64,000 nt of DNA from assembly GCF_035084215.1 (NCBI RefSeq), contig NC_090330.1:16616001-16680000 (forward strand), in the 5' to 3' direction. A program made the translations under genes and the position numbers. The notes under the pieces are model-generated. The model had not been told where the DNA came from. It saw only the letters and a list, made by a program, of their open reading frames with translations, and did not search any database. Below, in pieces: positions 52,268 to 64,000 of the stretch. The stretch is from Heptranchias perlo (lineage: Eukaryota). Each line of letters begins with the position of its first letter. The stretch's first letter is position 1.

Positions 52268-52735
52268 TGCTGCCCTTATCCTAATTCGCACCAAGTCCAA
52301 TTTACCCATCACCCCTGTGCTCACTGACCTACATTGGCTCCTGGTCCACCATGATTTTAAAATTCTCAACCTCACATTGAAATCCATGGCCTCACCCCTC
52401 CCTATTTCTGTAACCTTCCCAGCCCTACAACCCTCCAAGAACTCTGTGTCCCTCCAACTCTGCCCTCTTGTGCATCCACCACTCCTTTTGTCCCAGCATT
52501 GGCGGCCGTGTCTTCAGCTGTCTAGGCCCTAAGCTCTGAAATTTTCTCCCAAACCTCTCTGTCTCTCCACCACTCTATCCTTTTAAGATGATCCTTAAAA
52601 CCTACCTCTGACCAAGCTTTTAGTCGCTTGTTCTAGTATCTCTTTCTTTGGCTTGGTGTCATTTCTTTGTCTGATTATGCTCCTTGGGACGTTTTACTAT
52701 GTTAACAGCTTGCATTTATATAGCACCTTTGTTAC
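52268..52735 (+). mobile_element. L2-clade LINE 3' end
   Basis: PITPVLTDLHWL motif followed by an L2-like 3' tail. Confidence 0.75.
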
Positions 52736-52971
52736 ATTTGCATCCTGTTCTACCAGCAGATGGCAGCAAATTGCAACATATCTCCTTGCCATTATAAGAC
52801 AACTCTTCGCTTGCAAGCAGCACATTGTTTTGAGGTCTCTGTTTGCAATGTTATCATCCTTATTTAAGGCAATCATTCTGGCTAGTAAAGGAAGGCATAA
52901 TGAATAAAGATCTCACTCATGCCCCCCAGGTTATACTGGCTGCATGTAATTGAGCACTGCAGATTCTCTAA

Positions 52972-53424
52972 TGTTGCATTTACACTGCAGCTACTGATCT
53001 GATACCAATAGCTGCATTCTGGGTTCCACCCAGGCGGTACCTCATTCAAAGTGTGAGGCTGGAACTGCTATTCTTCCCATGAGAGATTTTTTACATATGC
53101 GATCACGAGTACTCGGAGCTCCTCTCCCTGGAGTTAATATTTCAAGTTTGGAAAGCATAGGAGGCAGTGTTCACACTCTCCACCCAAATTAACTCCAGTT
53201 AGGTTTAAAAAGCATCTGTGCCATTGAATGGACCTTTTTGAGCACTGGAGTTACATTCCATGCAGTGTCAAAACCAAGCAGGCTATCTCCTCCAGGGAGT
53301 CTCAAACCTCTTCTCTGAGGAGTTAGATCAGGCCCTGTGGCTGGATTTATACTGGAACTTTATTGTTGCTTGTGAAGTATAAATCAGTATGCAACGATAC
53401 TAAAGCTGTAATGTAAATGCACCC
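52972..53424. mobile_element. PIF/Harbinger-type palindromic MITE with TAA target-site duplication
   Basis: TAA|TGTTGCATTTACACTGCAGCT ... AGCTGTAATGTAAATGCACCC|TAA; internal arms CTCCCTGGAG/CTCCAGGGAG and AACTCCAGT/ACTGGAGTT. Confidence 0.7.
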
Positions 53425-53688
53425 TAAAATCTGACACGCATTGAATGCTGGAGCCAGCACATTGGCTTATCACAAGATCATCACTGTGTTGAGTCTCTGT
53501 GGAGCTGGACTGGATTTGGATTCAGCAACTCTGGAATAATTTTCAATGCATAACGTTTTGTATGACCAGGGGATTAGTAAATGCTTGCCGAGTGGTTTGC
53601 ATTCTAGCTACTAAATCACCTAAATGTGTCACATGTGGCATCACCATTCCTGTACAACAGGTTTGTTTTGAAATGATACTAGCTGAAA

Positions 53689-53766
53689 TGCATTCTGGGA
53701 GTAATACTACATTTCCCAGAATGCAATGTACTGTGTGCCGAGCAATCCTTCAGATTGAAGGTAAGA
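53689..53766 (+). promoter_or_regulatory. Inverted pair of ZNF143 (SBS) motifs plus splice donor; candidate KCTD21 promoter and first exon
   Basis: TGCATTCTGGGA (53689-53700) and ACTACATTTCCCAGAATGCA (53706-53725); donor AAG|GTAAGA at 53760/53761. Confidence 0.45.
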
Positions 53767-55818
53767 ACTGCCTGCATTAAACACTACCTGTATCCGGCTT
53801 CTATGCAATCTCCACCAAACTTTAAATTTAAATTTAATAAACTGGATGATCTTGGTCCAATGAGGTAGCTGTGCGAGGACATAAACATAGGAATAATAAT
53901 TAATGAGAGAAAATAAGGATTAAACAGGTGTGTAGAACTCTACTGTCTTGAAATGCATTTGTGGTCTGGGTGTGGCTGTTTTTTGTTAATGCTTTAAAGG
54001 TAAGGATAGATTTAATTAAACGCAGAACGTTCTGAACTTTTGGTAGATCAATAAAAGGTATAGTTGAAGAATTTTCCAAATACATGGTTTTGAAGGTGCA
54101 GTTAATACACTTTCTATGTCTTTTGTAAGCTTAATAAAATCCATTAAAGCACATTGCCCATGGTTTCATATGTTGAACTCAATCTGACATAGTTATTTTT
54201 TAGGAATAACTGGACTTTTGAAAACTTCTAAAATGTAATCCTTTTAAACACCAAATAGTTTGTTTATAGAACTTTTATATTTTCTATTCTATATATGTTA
54301 AAATGATTGTTTATGCAGTCGTGCCTCCACCAGTGCTCTAATTTTCTTTTGCTCCCCAAAGAAAGCATTTGGCTGACACTTCGTACCACAATCTGGCTGC
54401 ATATAGGAAACTGTGCATGTAATCAGCCCTCACCACTCTGGTGTTTCTCTTCAGCTTTGTAAATCATTCAGGCCAAACCCACTTTGGCAGTAAAATAAGA
54501 TAGTAGAGAATGTCTGTATTCTAGCATATAGTTTGAAAATCATTAACAAAGTATTTTTTATCAATTTCACAAAGCACAAAACCACCAAAATGATACGCAA
54601 GGTTGTGTAACTAGATTTTAGTGGGATCCAAAAGGCCGAGAGACAGCCTATGAGAGATTAAAAGTGCCGGAGTTCCTGATTAACCTACCATTTCAGCACT
54701 GATGCAATACAATCAAAGACATTTTTAAAAAGTGTACACAAATTAGTATCTTTTTGAAATACCACCAGTGCATCCCTTTTAAAATTGGACTCGTTTGTGG
54801 AAACAATTGTAATATTGCTAAAAATATTTAACCATATCAATTTTTTTTGACATCCAAAATAAATTGGCAACTATAATTTTAAAAAGTTAGTTTATTTTCT
54901 TTAGTGATGCAACAACACTTCATGTTTCCAAGTGCTTCTAGCCTTCCTGGTGTGGTCTATGTCACTTTAAAGTTAACTGGGTGTGCCTGACAGTCCCCTT
55001 TTATGTTAGCTGTGAAATATCCTGCTTTTAGATTTATGGAGAGAAGCCGAGCAGTCTGGGGAAAATTGTTGCTCTATGGAACACAGGGCAATCAAGTGTT
55101 TTTGTTAAAAAAATATTTTAAGATCTCCCAGTGGCTCGCTGAGTTTATCCATTGAGTAGTTGAGACACGCAGACCAGGAAGGCCCCAAGGATTGCCCTGT
55201 TTCATGTTAACTTTATTGATCTTAGCTGGAACAGTGGAAGGGGTACTGCAATTAGCCTCTGCTCCTGGGTTGGGGATAGGAAAATTGTCTGGTTTTCTGC
55301 TCCTAATCGCTACTGGAAAATAATGCTACAAGTGCAGGTGTGATGGATGGTAAGATTAGGCTCAGTAATCTCAATCCAGTTCCTAGAAGGAAGTACCCAC
55401 AGCACAAAATTGTTCCTAATTTGGCATTAAATTGTCAATTTCACTTCAAGGCCGCAGGAAGGAAGATGTCAGAAATGGAAACCAAAACGTCATGCTGGTT
55501 TGGTAGTGGGTGTGCATCTGAGGTTGAGGCTGACCATTTTGTAGGGTATAATTGAGGAAGCTTTATCTGCATCTATTCATGCTATATTATAATGGGGAGT
55601 GCTTGATGCTGATACTGGGTTGCTGATATCACTAACATCCCAAAAAAGAGAATGATCAGAAGTTGTCTCTGCATGATTGAAGACTATTGGTTCTAGGATG
55701 GAACAGTCTAGGACCTAGCAATGAAGGCAGATAGTTTGTTTTATACTTCCTGTTATATTTTTTGGGATCCCATATTTAACTTTTTATTTTGCTTACAGAG
55801 ATTGTTAAGGACTTCACC

Positions 55819-56553
55819 ATGTCTGAACCAATAATGCTGAATGTGGGGGGTAGGTTATACACCACTTCCCTGATGACTTTGACTCGCTATCCAGAATCGA
55901 TGCTTGGCTCAATGTTTAGTGGAACGTTGCCCACCAGCAAGGATCTGCAAGGAAACTACTTCATAGACAGAGATGGAAAAATGTTTCGATACATCCTGAA
56001 TTTCCTCCGAACGTCACACTTGGATCTTCCAGTCGATTTCCAAGAGCTGGATCTTCTGACCAGAGAAGCTGATTTTTTCCAGATCCAACCTCTGCTGGAG
56101 GCTTTGCAGAAGATTGAATCCCAAGTCACTAAAATGGAAAAGAATGCAATGCTTAACATCATTCACGACTCGCAGTTACATAATGTTGGCTCCTTTACTG
56201 TAAAAATCGTTAATGTTCAAATATTTTCCACATCATGTGCCTTACTGAAGCTCCTGGATTCCAAATTCTATTATACTTTCAATGGAGACCGTTTGCCTGC
56301 TGGCACCAATCTGGAAGATCTGAAATTTATATCGCTAGAATGGGCTGAAAGTAACACAAGTGCAATGGAAAGACGATATTTAACGCAGAATTGGAAAAGC
56401 CTCCATGTTTCACCGTCTCATCAACAAATCGCAAATCTGGAAGTGTTTGTTCAGCAAGTATTAAAAATAGCAGTCAGTGGTGGATTCCTTCTTCATTCCT
56501 TTCCTCCTATTTCATTTGGCACAGTGATCCTGCATTTCACTCAGTACAGATAA
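55819..56553 (+). CDS. KCTD21: BTB/POZ domain-containing protein KCTD21 (244 aa, single coding exon)
   Basis: MSEPIMLNVGGRLYTTSL...FIDRDGKMFRYILNFLRTSHLDLP...EKNAMLNI...IFSTSC...VLKIA...QYR*. Acceptor at 55798, ttcaccATG start, AATAAA at 56671; ALG8 downstream on the same strand as in human. Confidence 0.92.
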   Translation: MSEPIMLNVGGRLYTTSLMTLTRYPESMLGSMFSGTLPTSKDLQGNYFIDRDGKMFRYILNFLRTSHLDLPVDFQELDLLTREADFFQIQPLLEALQKIESQVTKMEKNAMLNIIHDSQLHNVGSFTVKIVNVQIFSTSCALLKLLDSKFYYTFNGDRLPAGTNLEDLKFISLEWAESNTSAMERRYLTQNWKSLHVSPSHQQIANLEVFVQQVLKIAVSGGFLLHSFPPISFGTVILHFTQYR

Positions 56554-57139
56554 ATCTGCAGGCCAACTGACACTGGTTCTGAATCTTTTTTTAAAAAAAG
56601 ATTAGAATAGTTTCTCCCTTTTGCTTGTTTCTTATATAGAACTGAAACTATTACTAGCTGTGTACTTCACAATAAAGCTCCTGATGTATAATGTGCAGTA
56701 TCATGAATGTTGATTCTTTTACTTGTACAGTTGAATTTTGCTGTTGAGATAAAACTGATGTTGCTAGATTCATTTGTTGGAGTACACTTATTTTAAAAAC
56801 AGTATAAGTATGCCCGTACAGTGAGAGTCGCTCAACACTGCACAATCTCATTCAGCTGGAAAGGATGTCCTTAGCAGCAGATTAATCACTGACTACCTTG
56901 TGATTGCTTGGCCTGGCAGTGTCTCTTCAATTCATTTATACTAATTTACTTGAGTAGCCTTCCCTGGCAACTTATTCCTTACATTCTTCATGTGAAATTG
57001 GTCTGGCTATTGTCCAGTGTCAATTTTTGTCTGATTACACTTCTGTGAAGTGCCTTGGGACATTTTCCTATGTTAAAGGCTATATATGAATGCAAGTTGT
57101 TGTTGCCTGAATTCCCAAAATGATGGCTATTCACTGTTG

Positions 57140-58712
57140 ATTTTTCTAGTTACACAAAAAAAAGGATTATCGATAAAGAGATAGTGAGTAAGAAGAAGCA
57201 GAAAAAGTGGGCGTATGACAGATGTCAGGTTAATAATACAAGTGAGAACCAGGCTGAATATAGAAAGTACAGAGGAGAAGTGAAAAAGGAACGAAGGGGG
57301 GGCAAATGAGAATAGACTGGTGGCTAACATAAAAGGGAATCCAAAAGTCTACTATAGGAGTATAAATGGTAAACAGATAGTAAGAGGAGGGATGGGGCCG
57401 ATTAGGGACCAAAAAGGAGATCTACGTATGGAGGCAGAGGGCATAGCTAAGGTACTAAATGAGTACTTTGCATCTGTCTTTACCAAGAAAGAAGATGCTG
57501 CCAGAGTCTCAGTAAAGGAAGATGTGGTTGAGATACTGGATAGGCTAAAAATTGATAAAGAGGAGGTACTAGAAAAGTTGGCTGTACTTAAAGTTGATAA
57601 ATCACCCAGTCTGGATGGGATGCATCCTAGGTTGCTGAGGGAAGCAAGGGTAGAAATTGTAGAGGTGCTGGCCATAATCTTCCAATCCTCCTTAGATATG
57701 GGGCTGGAGCCAGAGGATTGGAGAATTACAAATATTACATCCTTGTTCAAAAAAGGGTGTAAGGATAAACCTGGCAACTACAGGCCAATCAGTTTAACCT
57801 CGGCGGTGGGGAAGCTTTTAGAAATGATTATCCGGGTCAAAATTAATAGTCACTTGGACAAGTGTGGCTTAATAAAGGAAAGCCAGCATGGATTTGTTAA
57901 AGGCAAATCCGTGTTTAACTAACTTGATTGAGTTTTTTGATGAAGTAACAGAGAGGGTTGATGTTGTGTATATGGACTTTTAAAAGAAGTTTGATCAAGT
58001 GCCACATGATAGGCTTGTCAGCAAAATTGAAGCCCATGGAATAAAAGGGGCAGTGCCAGCATGGATACAAAAGTAGTTAAGTGACAGGAAACAGAGTAGT
58101 TGTGAACGGTTGTTTTTCAGACTGGAGGAAAGTATACAGTGGTGTTCCCCAGGGTCAGTACTAGGAACACTGCTTTTTTAATATATATTAATGACTTGGC
58201 TTTGGGTGCAGAGGGTACAATTTTAAAATTTTCAGATGACACAAAACTTGGAAGTGTAGTAAACAGTGAGGAGGATAGTAATAGACTTCAAGAGGATATA
58301 GACAGGCTGGTGGAATGGGCAGACACATGGCAGATGAAATTTAACGCAGAGAGTGTTCAAAATCATGAAGGGTTTAGATGAACTAAATAAAGAGAAACTG
58401 TTTCCATTGGTGGAAGGGTCGAGAACCAGAGAACACAAATTTAAGGTGATTGGCAAAAGACCCAAAGGCGACATGAGGAAAAACATTTTTACGCAGCGAG
58501 TAGTTATGATTTGGAATTTGCTGCCTGAATGAGTGGTGGAAACAGATTTGATCGTGGCTTTCAAAAAGGAATTGGATAAATACTCAAAGGGAAAAAATTT
58601 GCAGGGCTACAGGGAAAGAGCACGGAAATGGGACTAACAGCTCTTGCAGGGAGCTAGATAGGCTCGATGGGCTGAATGACCTCCTTTACTGTAACCAATT
58701 CTGTGATTCTAT
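57140..58712 (+). mobile_element. CR1 LINE, 5'-truncated, with an internal deletion near 58350
   Basis: ORF 57320-57922 (KSPSLDGMHPRLL...SQHGFVKGKS), KFSDDTKLG and GATTCTATG tail. Confidence 0.92.
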
Positions 58713-59342
58713 GAAATTAAAATGGAGGCAATATTGGTTCTAAATGGCAACACTTTTACCAGTTGAGGCTTGGAAAGAAACACTTGCATTTATCATGTCC
58801 CTCAGAAATATCTCAAAGCACTTCACATATTATGAATTACTGTTTTTGCTATGGAATGATATGCCATTATGTAGGCATATGTGGCAGCCATTCTGCACAC
58901 TGCAAGATTCCACAAATAGCAGTTATTGCTGATAAGAATAAATTTAGTAAGTCGCACTGAAAATATGTGCATAACACATGGCTTAAAGATATACAAGGTA
59001 TGGAGTGGACTAACAACCCCGTGGTTCTGAGTTCAAATCCCACCATGGCAAATTGCTGATGTAATTAAGTACAGACAATGAACACTGTGGGAATGCAGCT
59101 CACTACCTACTACAAAAATCAAAGCAACTTCCTATTCACCTTTCAACGACTCCTGCTGGAAAGTCTGCATGTATAAATGTCAGGTGGGGCTTATCTGCCT
59201 TGCCTTCTCTCCCCTGCCCATCCATTCATCAGTCTGTCAAATGGTTTCTTGACACTTATGAAGAGTGATTACTTGATTCAGGTTCTAGAGGGCTACTAGC
59301 ATCCATTAGGCTGCACCCCAAGATAAGCTACCATTCTGAGAG

Positions 59343-59705
59343 TAGGGTTACCAACCCTCCAGGATTGACCTGGAGTCTCGCGGAAATGAAGATCAATCTC
59401 CAGAACACTGCTGCGAGCAACCCAGGAGAAAAATCATAGGTGCATTAAAAAAAGTGTTTTTTTTCATTTTCTTTGAACACTTTCATTTATTATAAAAATA
59501 TTGGCAATGGGGAAAAAAGGCTGTTTGACTCATGGTCAAGATTAATCCAATCGGGTATCAAAGATTCTGTTCTCTTTCCAATTGGCGTGGGAAGGCAATG
59601 TGCCCGAAGGATGGACTAATGGCGGGAGTGTGGGGGCATTTTGAGGCGGGAGGTCATGTGTTGAAAGACCTCCAAGCATACACCCAACCGGAGTTGACAA
59701 CCCTA
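59343..59705. mobile_element. hAT-type MITE
   Basis: TIRs TAGGGTTACCAAC / GTTGACAACCCTA; flanking 8-mers TCTGAGAG and TCTGGTAG (6/8, degenerate TSD). Confidence 0.7.
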
Positions 59706-60140
59706 TCTGGTAGTGAGAAAATATAACCATTTTGAACCTTTTTTGTGTTTGAACAAATGCTGTTTACTTGCCAACCAAGGCTGCCGGCATTGCCATGAGA
59801 GACAGAAACAGGCTTCAGGCTATAACTTGCGAATCAACAGTCCTGGCCAAATCATTGTATACCATTTTTTTAAAAAATCACTGACCTCTGCAAAAGAATA
59901 CCATATATAATAAAACTTTAAAACTAAAAATACGTTAAAAAAGGGGGAAAAAAAGTTTCTCTGAAGCACCATCAATAAAATATTCCATAAGGAAAAGTAA
60001 CAGGGTCACACAAGGTCGTGCACATTTAATTGAAAGAAATAGTGAGTCAAATTCTGTAGGAGGGAGTTGCATTTACTCAGTGAGTTGCTTTGCTGCCACC
60101 AGCTGGAATGCGAGTTTGAATAAAGTTGTGTGAAACAGCA

Positions 60141-60229
60141 ATGGCGGCGCCCAGTGCGAGGAGTTGGAGTTGGTTGGCGCCGCTCGCCATCGGTGTGACC
60201 TTGTTAAAGTGTCTGCTCATTCCTGCTTA
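60141..60229 (+). CDS. ALG8: ALG8 alpha-1,3-glucosyltransferase, coding exon 1 (remainder beyond the window)
   Basis: [29 protein letters not shown](Y) vs recalled human [32 protein letters not shown]; phase-2 donor TA|GTAAGA; CpG-rich context with GC-box GGGGCGGGGC at about 60321. Confidence 0.9.
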
Positions 60230-60774
60230 GTAAGAGTTGCCTCAGGCCCGGGCCTTTATCTTTAAACTCGTTTCGATTTTTAAAAATTTTTATTTTTCAC
60301 CGCACGGCCGGGTCGGAGGAGGGGCGGGGCCTGTAGATGCAGTTACCACATTTACAGGCTGATGTTCTGTTGCTTTTAATGGGACTTTCACCGAATGTTA
60401 CTGAAAACGAAGCAAAATGTATTAAGGGTTATCTTTTAACGCTAAGATTAAATGTCAGACGTTGTAAGAAATGTATGCAATAATTTGTCGGGATCAGATT
60501 ACAAATCCGATTTTTTTTGGCTGGATCTCTTTCCCCCCCCCCCCCCCCCCCTTTCCAGGAGCAGTAAATTGCTGGGATACAGTACCAGGTGCTGGGTACC
60601 CTCCGGTACTTTGCCCAAATGAGCACTCATCAATTCTGCACCATTACTTAAATCGGGGGAAGGGGCAGAGAGAGATACAGGTTCACTGTTTAGCCCAGTC
60701 TTCTCCACACAAACATACGCTTGCCACGAAGGTGTCATTGGATATTAACTTTTTCTCCCTAGCTGAGGGGCTAA

Positions 60775-63700
60775 TTAGGAACATGGGAACAGGAGTAGGC
60801 CATTCAGCCCCTTGAGCCTGTTCTGCCATTCGATGAGATCATGGCTGATTTGTGGCCTAACTCCATGTACCTGCCTTAGCCCATATCCATTAATACCTTT
60901 GGTTAACAAAAATCTATCACTCAGATTTAAAATTAACAGTTGAGCTAGCATCAACTGCCGTTTGCGGAAGAGTCCCGAACTTTACCACCCTTTGCGTGTA
61001 GAAGTGTTTCCTAACTTCACACCTGAAAGTCCTGGCTCTAAATTTTAGGCTATGTTCCCTAGTCCGAGACTCCCTAACCAGCAGAAATAGTTTCTTTCTA
61101 TCTACCCTATCATTTCCCCTTAATATCTTGAAAGCTTCAATCAACCACCACCTTCTCAAGGGCAAGTAGGGATGGGCAACACCCACATCACATGAATTAT
61201 TTTTTTTTAAAAATCACCCATTAATCTTATAAATTCCAGGGAATACAACACTAGTTTGTGTAATCTCTTCATAATTTAACCCTTGGAGTCCAGGTATCAT
61301 CCAGGTAAGTCTACACTGCACTCCTTCCGAGGCCATAATATCCTTCCTAAGGTGCGGTGCCCAGAATTGAACACAGTTCTCCAGGTGTGGTCTGACCAGG
61401 GCTTTGTATAGCTGTAATATAACTTCTATCCCCTTGTGTTCTAGTCCTCTAGATATAAAGACCAGCATTCCATTAGCCTTTTTGATTATTTTCTGTACCT
61501 GTCCATGACATTTTAATGATCTATGTACATGGACCCCTAATTCTCTTTGGAACTCCACTCTTTCAAGCTTTTCACCATTTAGAAAGTACTCTGACCTATC
61601 CTTTTTAGGTCCAAAGTGGATGACCTCACACTTGCCTACATTTAAATCTATTTGCCACAGTTTTGCCCATTCACTATTAATATCTGTAATGTTATGCTTC
61701 CATCTACACTGCTTACGATGCTACCTATCTTAGTGTCATCAGCAAACTTGGATATCTGGCTCTCTATCCAGACATGCAAGTTGTTAATAAATACAGTGAA
61801 TAGTTGAGGCCCCAACACAGATCCCTGTAGGACACCAATAATCACATCCTGCTAATTTGAGGACCTGCCCAATATCCCTACACCCTGTCTCCTGCCACTC
61901 AGCCAATTTCCTAACCAGGTCAATAATTTGCCCTCAATTCCATGAGCTTCAACTTTAGCTAACATTTTCTTATGAGGGACTTTATTGAATGCCTTCTAGA
62001 AGTCCATATAAACAACATCCATAGACATTCCCCTGTCCACTTCATTAGTCACCTCTTCAAAAAATTCAATCAAGTTCGACAGACATGACCTACCCTTTAC
62101 AAATCTATGCTGGCTCTCTCTGATTAGCTGAAAATTTTCAAGGTGTTCAGTCACTATCCTTAATTATAGACTCTAGTAATTTCCCAACAACAGATGTTAG
62201 ACTAACTGGTCTATAATTCCCTGGTTTCCCTCTCTCACCTTTCTTAAATAGCAGAGTGACATGCAATTTTCCAATCTAAAAGGAACAGTTCCTGAATTAA
62301 GAACTTTGGAAGATCTGGTCCTGGGGATTTGTCACTCTTCAGTGCCATTATTTTCTTCATTACTGTTAATTTGCTTATGTTAATTATGCTGAGGCCCCAG
62401 CCTGATTCACAATTAGTTTCCGGCATGCTGTCCTCTTCCTTTACTGTAAATACTGATGCAAAGTAATTATTTAACATGTCCACCATTTCCATATTTTTAT
62501 TTACAGTATCACCATTATCAGCTTTTAAGGAGCCCACATTGCTCTTGACAGTCCTCTTTTTCCTAATAAATTGTAAAAACTTTGTGTTGATGTTGATATC
62601 CCTTGCAAGTTTCTTTTCAGACTCCCCTTTTGTAGCTCTCTGTTTTGTCACCCTTTGCTGTTCTTTGTATCTCTCAGTCAGCAGGATCTGTGTTATTTTT
62701 TGCATTTTTGTATGCTTTTTCCTTTTAGTTTTATGTTGTCCCTTACCTCTTTTGTCATCCATGGCTGTTTTTTTTGGCAAATAAAGCTCTTGCCCCTTAG
62801 GGGTGTAAACTGGTTCAGTATCACGTTAAATTCTATTTTGAACACCTCCCACTGATCTGTCGTTTTACCCATTAACAGATTTGCTTAGTTTACTGTTGAC
62901 ATTCTCTATCTCATGCCGCTGAAGTCAGCCTTACATAAATTTAGAATCTTAGTAGCTGATACGGGTTTCTCCCTTTCAAACACAACATTGAACCCGATAA
63001 TATTATGATCACTATTAGATAAATGTTCACACACCGTTAGACTGTTAACTAAATCTGGCTCATTACTCACTATTAAATCTAATATGGCCTGCCCAGTCGT
63101 TGGTTCATGGATATGTTATTGCAGAAAGCTGTCCTAAACACACACAAAAAATTCACTACCTTTCTGACATGAGCTCATCCGTTTATCCCTATCAATATGA
63201 AAGTTAAAATTCCCCATTAAAACCATTCTACCTTTGCTACGTGCTTGTCTAATCTCTGCATTCGGCCACTTCACAGCTGCTACCAGGGGTCTATACACAA
63301 CTCCCACTAAAGCCTTTAATCCTTTTCTATTTCTTAATTCTACCCATAAAGTCTCCACTGCCAGCTTACCTCTTGTTATATCCTCTCTCATCACTGAAGT
63401 AATTTTGTCCTTAATCACTAAGGCTACTCCCCCACCCCACCCCGGTTTCCCTGTCCTTCCTGTAGAGCTCATAACCTGGTATATTCAGTTCCCAGTCCTG
63501 ACAGTCTTGCAGCCATGTCTCAGTAATGGCTACCATGTCGTACCCTCCAAGTTGAATTTGCACCTGTAAATTCATTCAATTTGTTCCTTATACTCCTGCC
63601 TTATGCATTTGTATAAAGAACACTTATTTGGGCCACACACCCTAACCTGTCCTTCTGCTCTAATGTTGTTTTTCTCACACATTCCTTATTTCTCCTAATT

Positions 63701-64000
63701 TAATTACTTTACATCTTTTAGTTTTCCCTTTTCCTGTATAATAATTAGAATAATTTCTGACTATCACTCTACTTTCTTTGTTTGTTTTAGAATTATTGTT
63801 TATACTACCTTTTCCACTTGAGCCCTCCCCCTGTTTACTAGTTTAAAGTCCTTGTGACCACCCTATTTATCCTTTCCGCAAAGACCCTGGTCCCAGCCAT
63901 GTTCAGGTGGAGCCAATTCCAATTACAGCCCGTTACAGTTCCTTCCTGTCCCAGTACTGGTGCCAGTGTCCCATGAAATGGAATCCTTCTTTCCCACACC
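60775..64000 (-). mobile_element. Near full-length decayed CR1 in ALG8 intron 1 (small LINE/SINE tail inserted at about 61143-61213)
   Basis: Endonuclease (GGGVALVIKD, VGVVYRP, LMGNFN), RT (GSVLGPQLF, KFADDTK) and C-terminal ORF pieces; same family as 16200-20590. Confidence 0.95.

Noticed and set aside
55789-55818. N-terminal extension MLTEIVKDFT of the KCTD21 ORF
   Set aside because: Starts at a TTG inside the splice acceptor; homology begins at ATG 55819.

Overview
Eukaryotic, intron-rich vertebrate DNA. The repeat landscape (CR1 LINEs with GATTCTAT-type tails, L2 tails, tRNA-derived SINEs, Harbinger remnants) points to a cartilaginous fish (shark); the species is not determined. Recognised genes are a C2orf15 homologue (-, 15479-15763), LIPT1 (+, 47193-48323), KCTD21 (+, 55819-56553) and the first coding exon of ALG8 (+, 60141-60229), which the ORF track misses. 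A further candidate first coding exon (-, 7354-7407), flanked by RFX X-boxes, may be TSGA10 by synteny. Much of the rest is transposon debris: CR1/L2/Tx1 fragments (two near-complete CR1 ORF2 copies, several nested insertions), several decayed PIF/Harbinger elements, MITEs, SINEs and a purine-rich minisatellite. I found no novel multi-gene system. The best leads are a junction between the human 2q11.2 (C2orf15/LIPT1) and 11q14.1 (KCTD21/ALG8) neighbourhoods, a uORF whose stop overlaps the C2orf15 start, an orphan promoter at 8.8 kb, and a possible antisense spliced transcript from the LIPT1 promoter. Homology calls rest on recalled sequences, not searches, and repeat boundaries are approximate.
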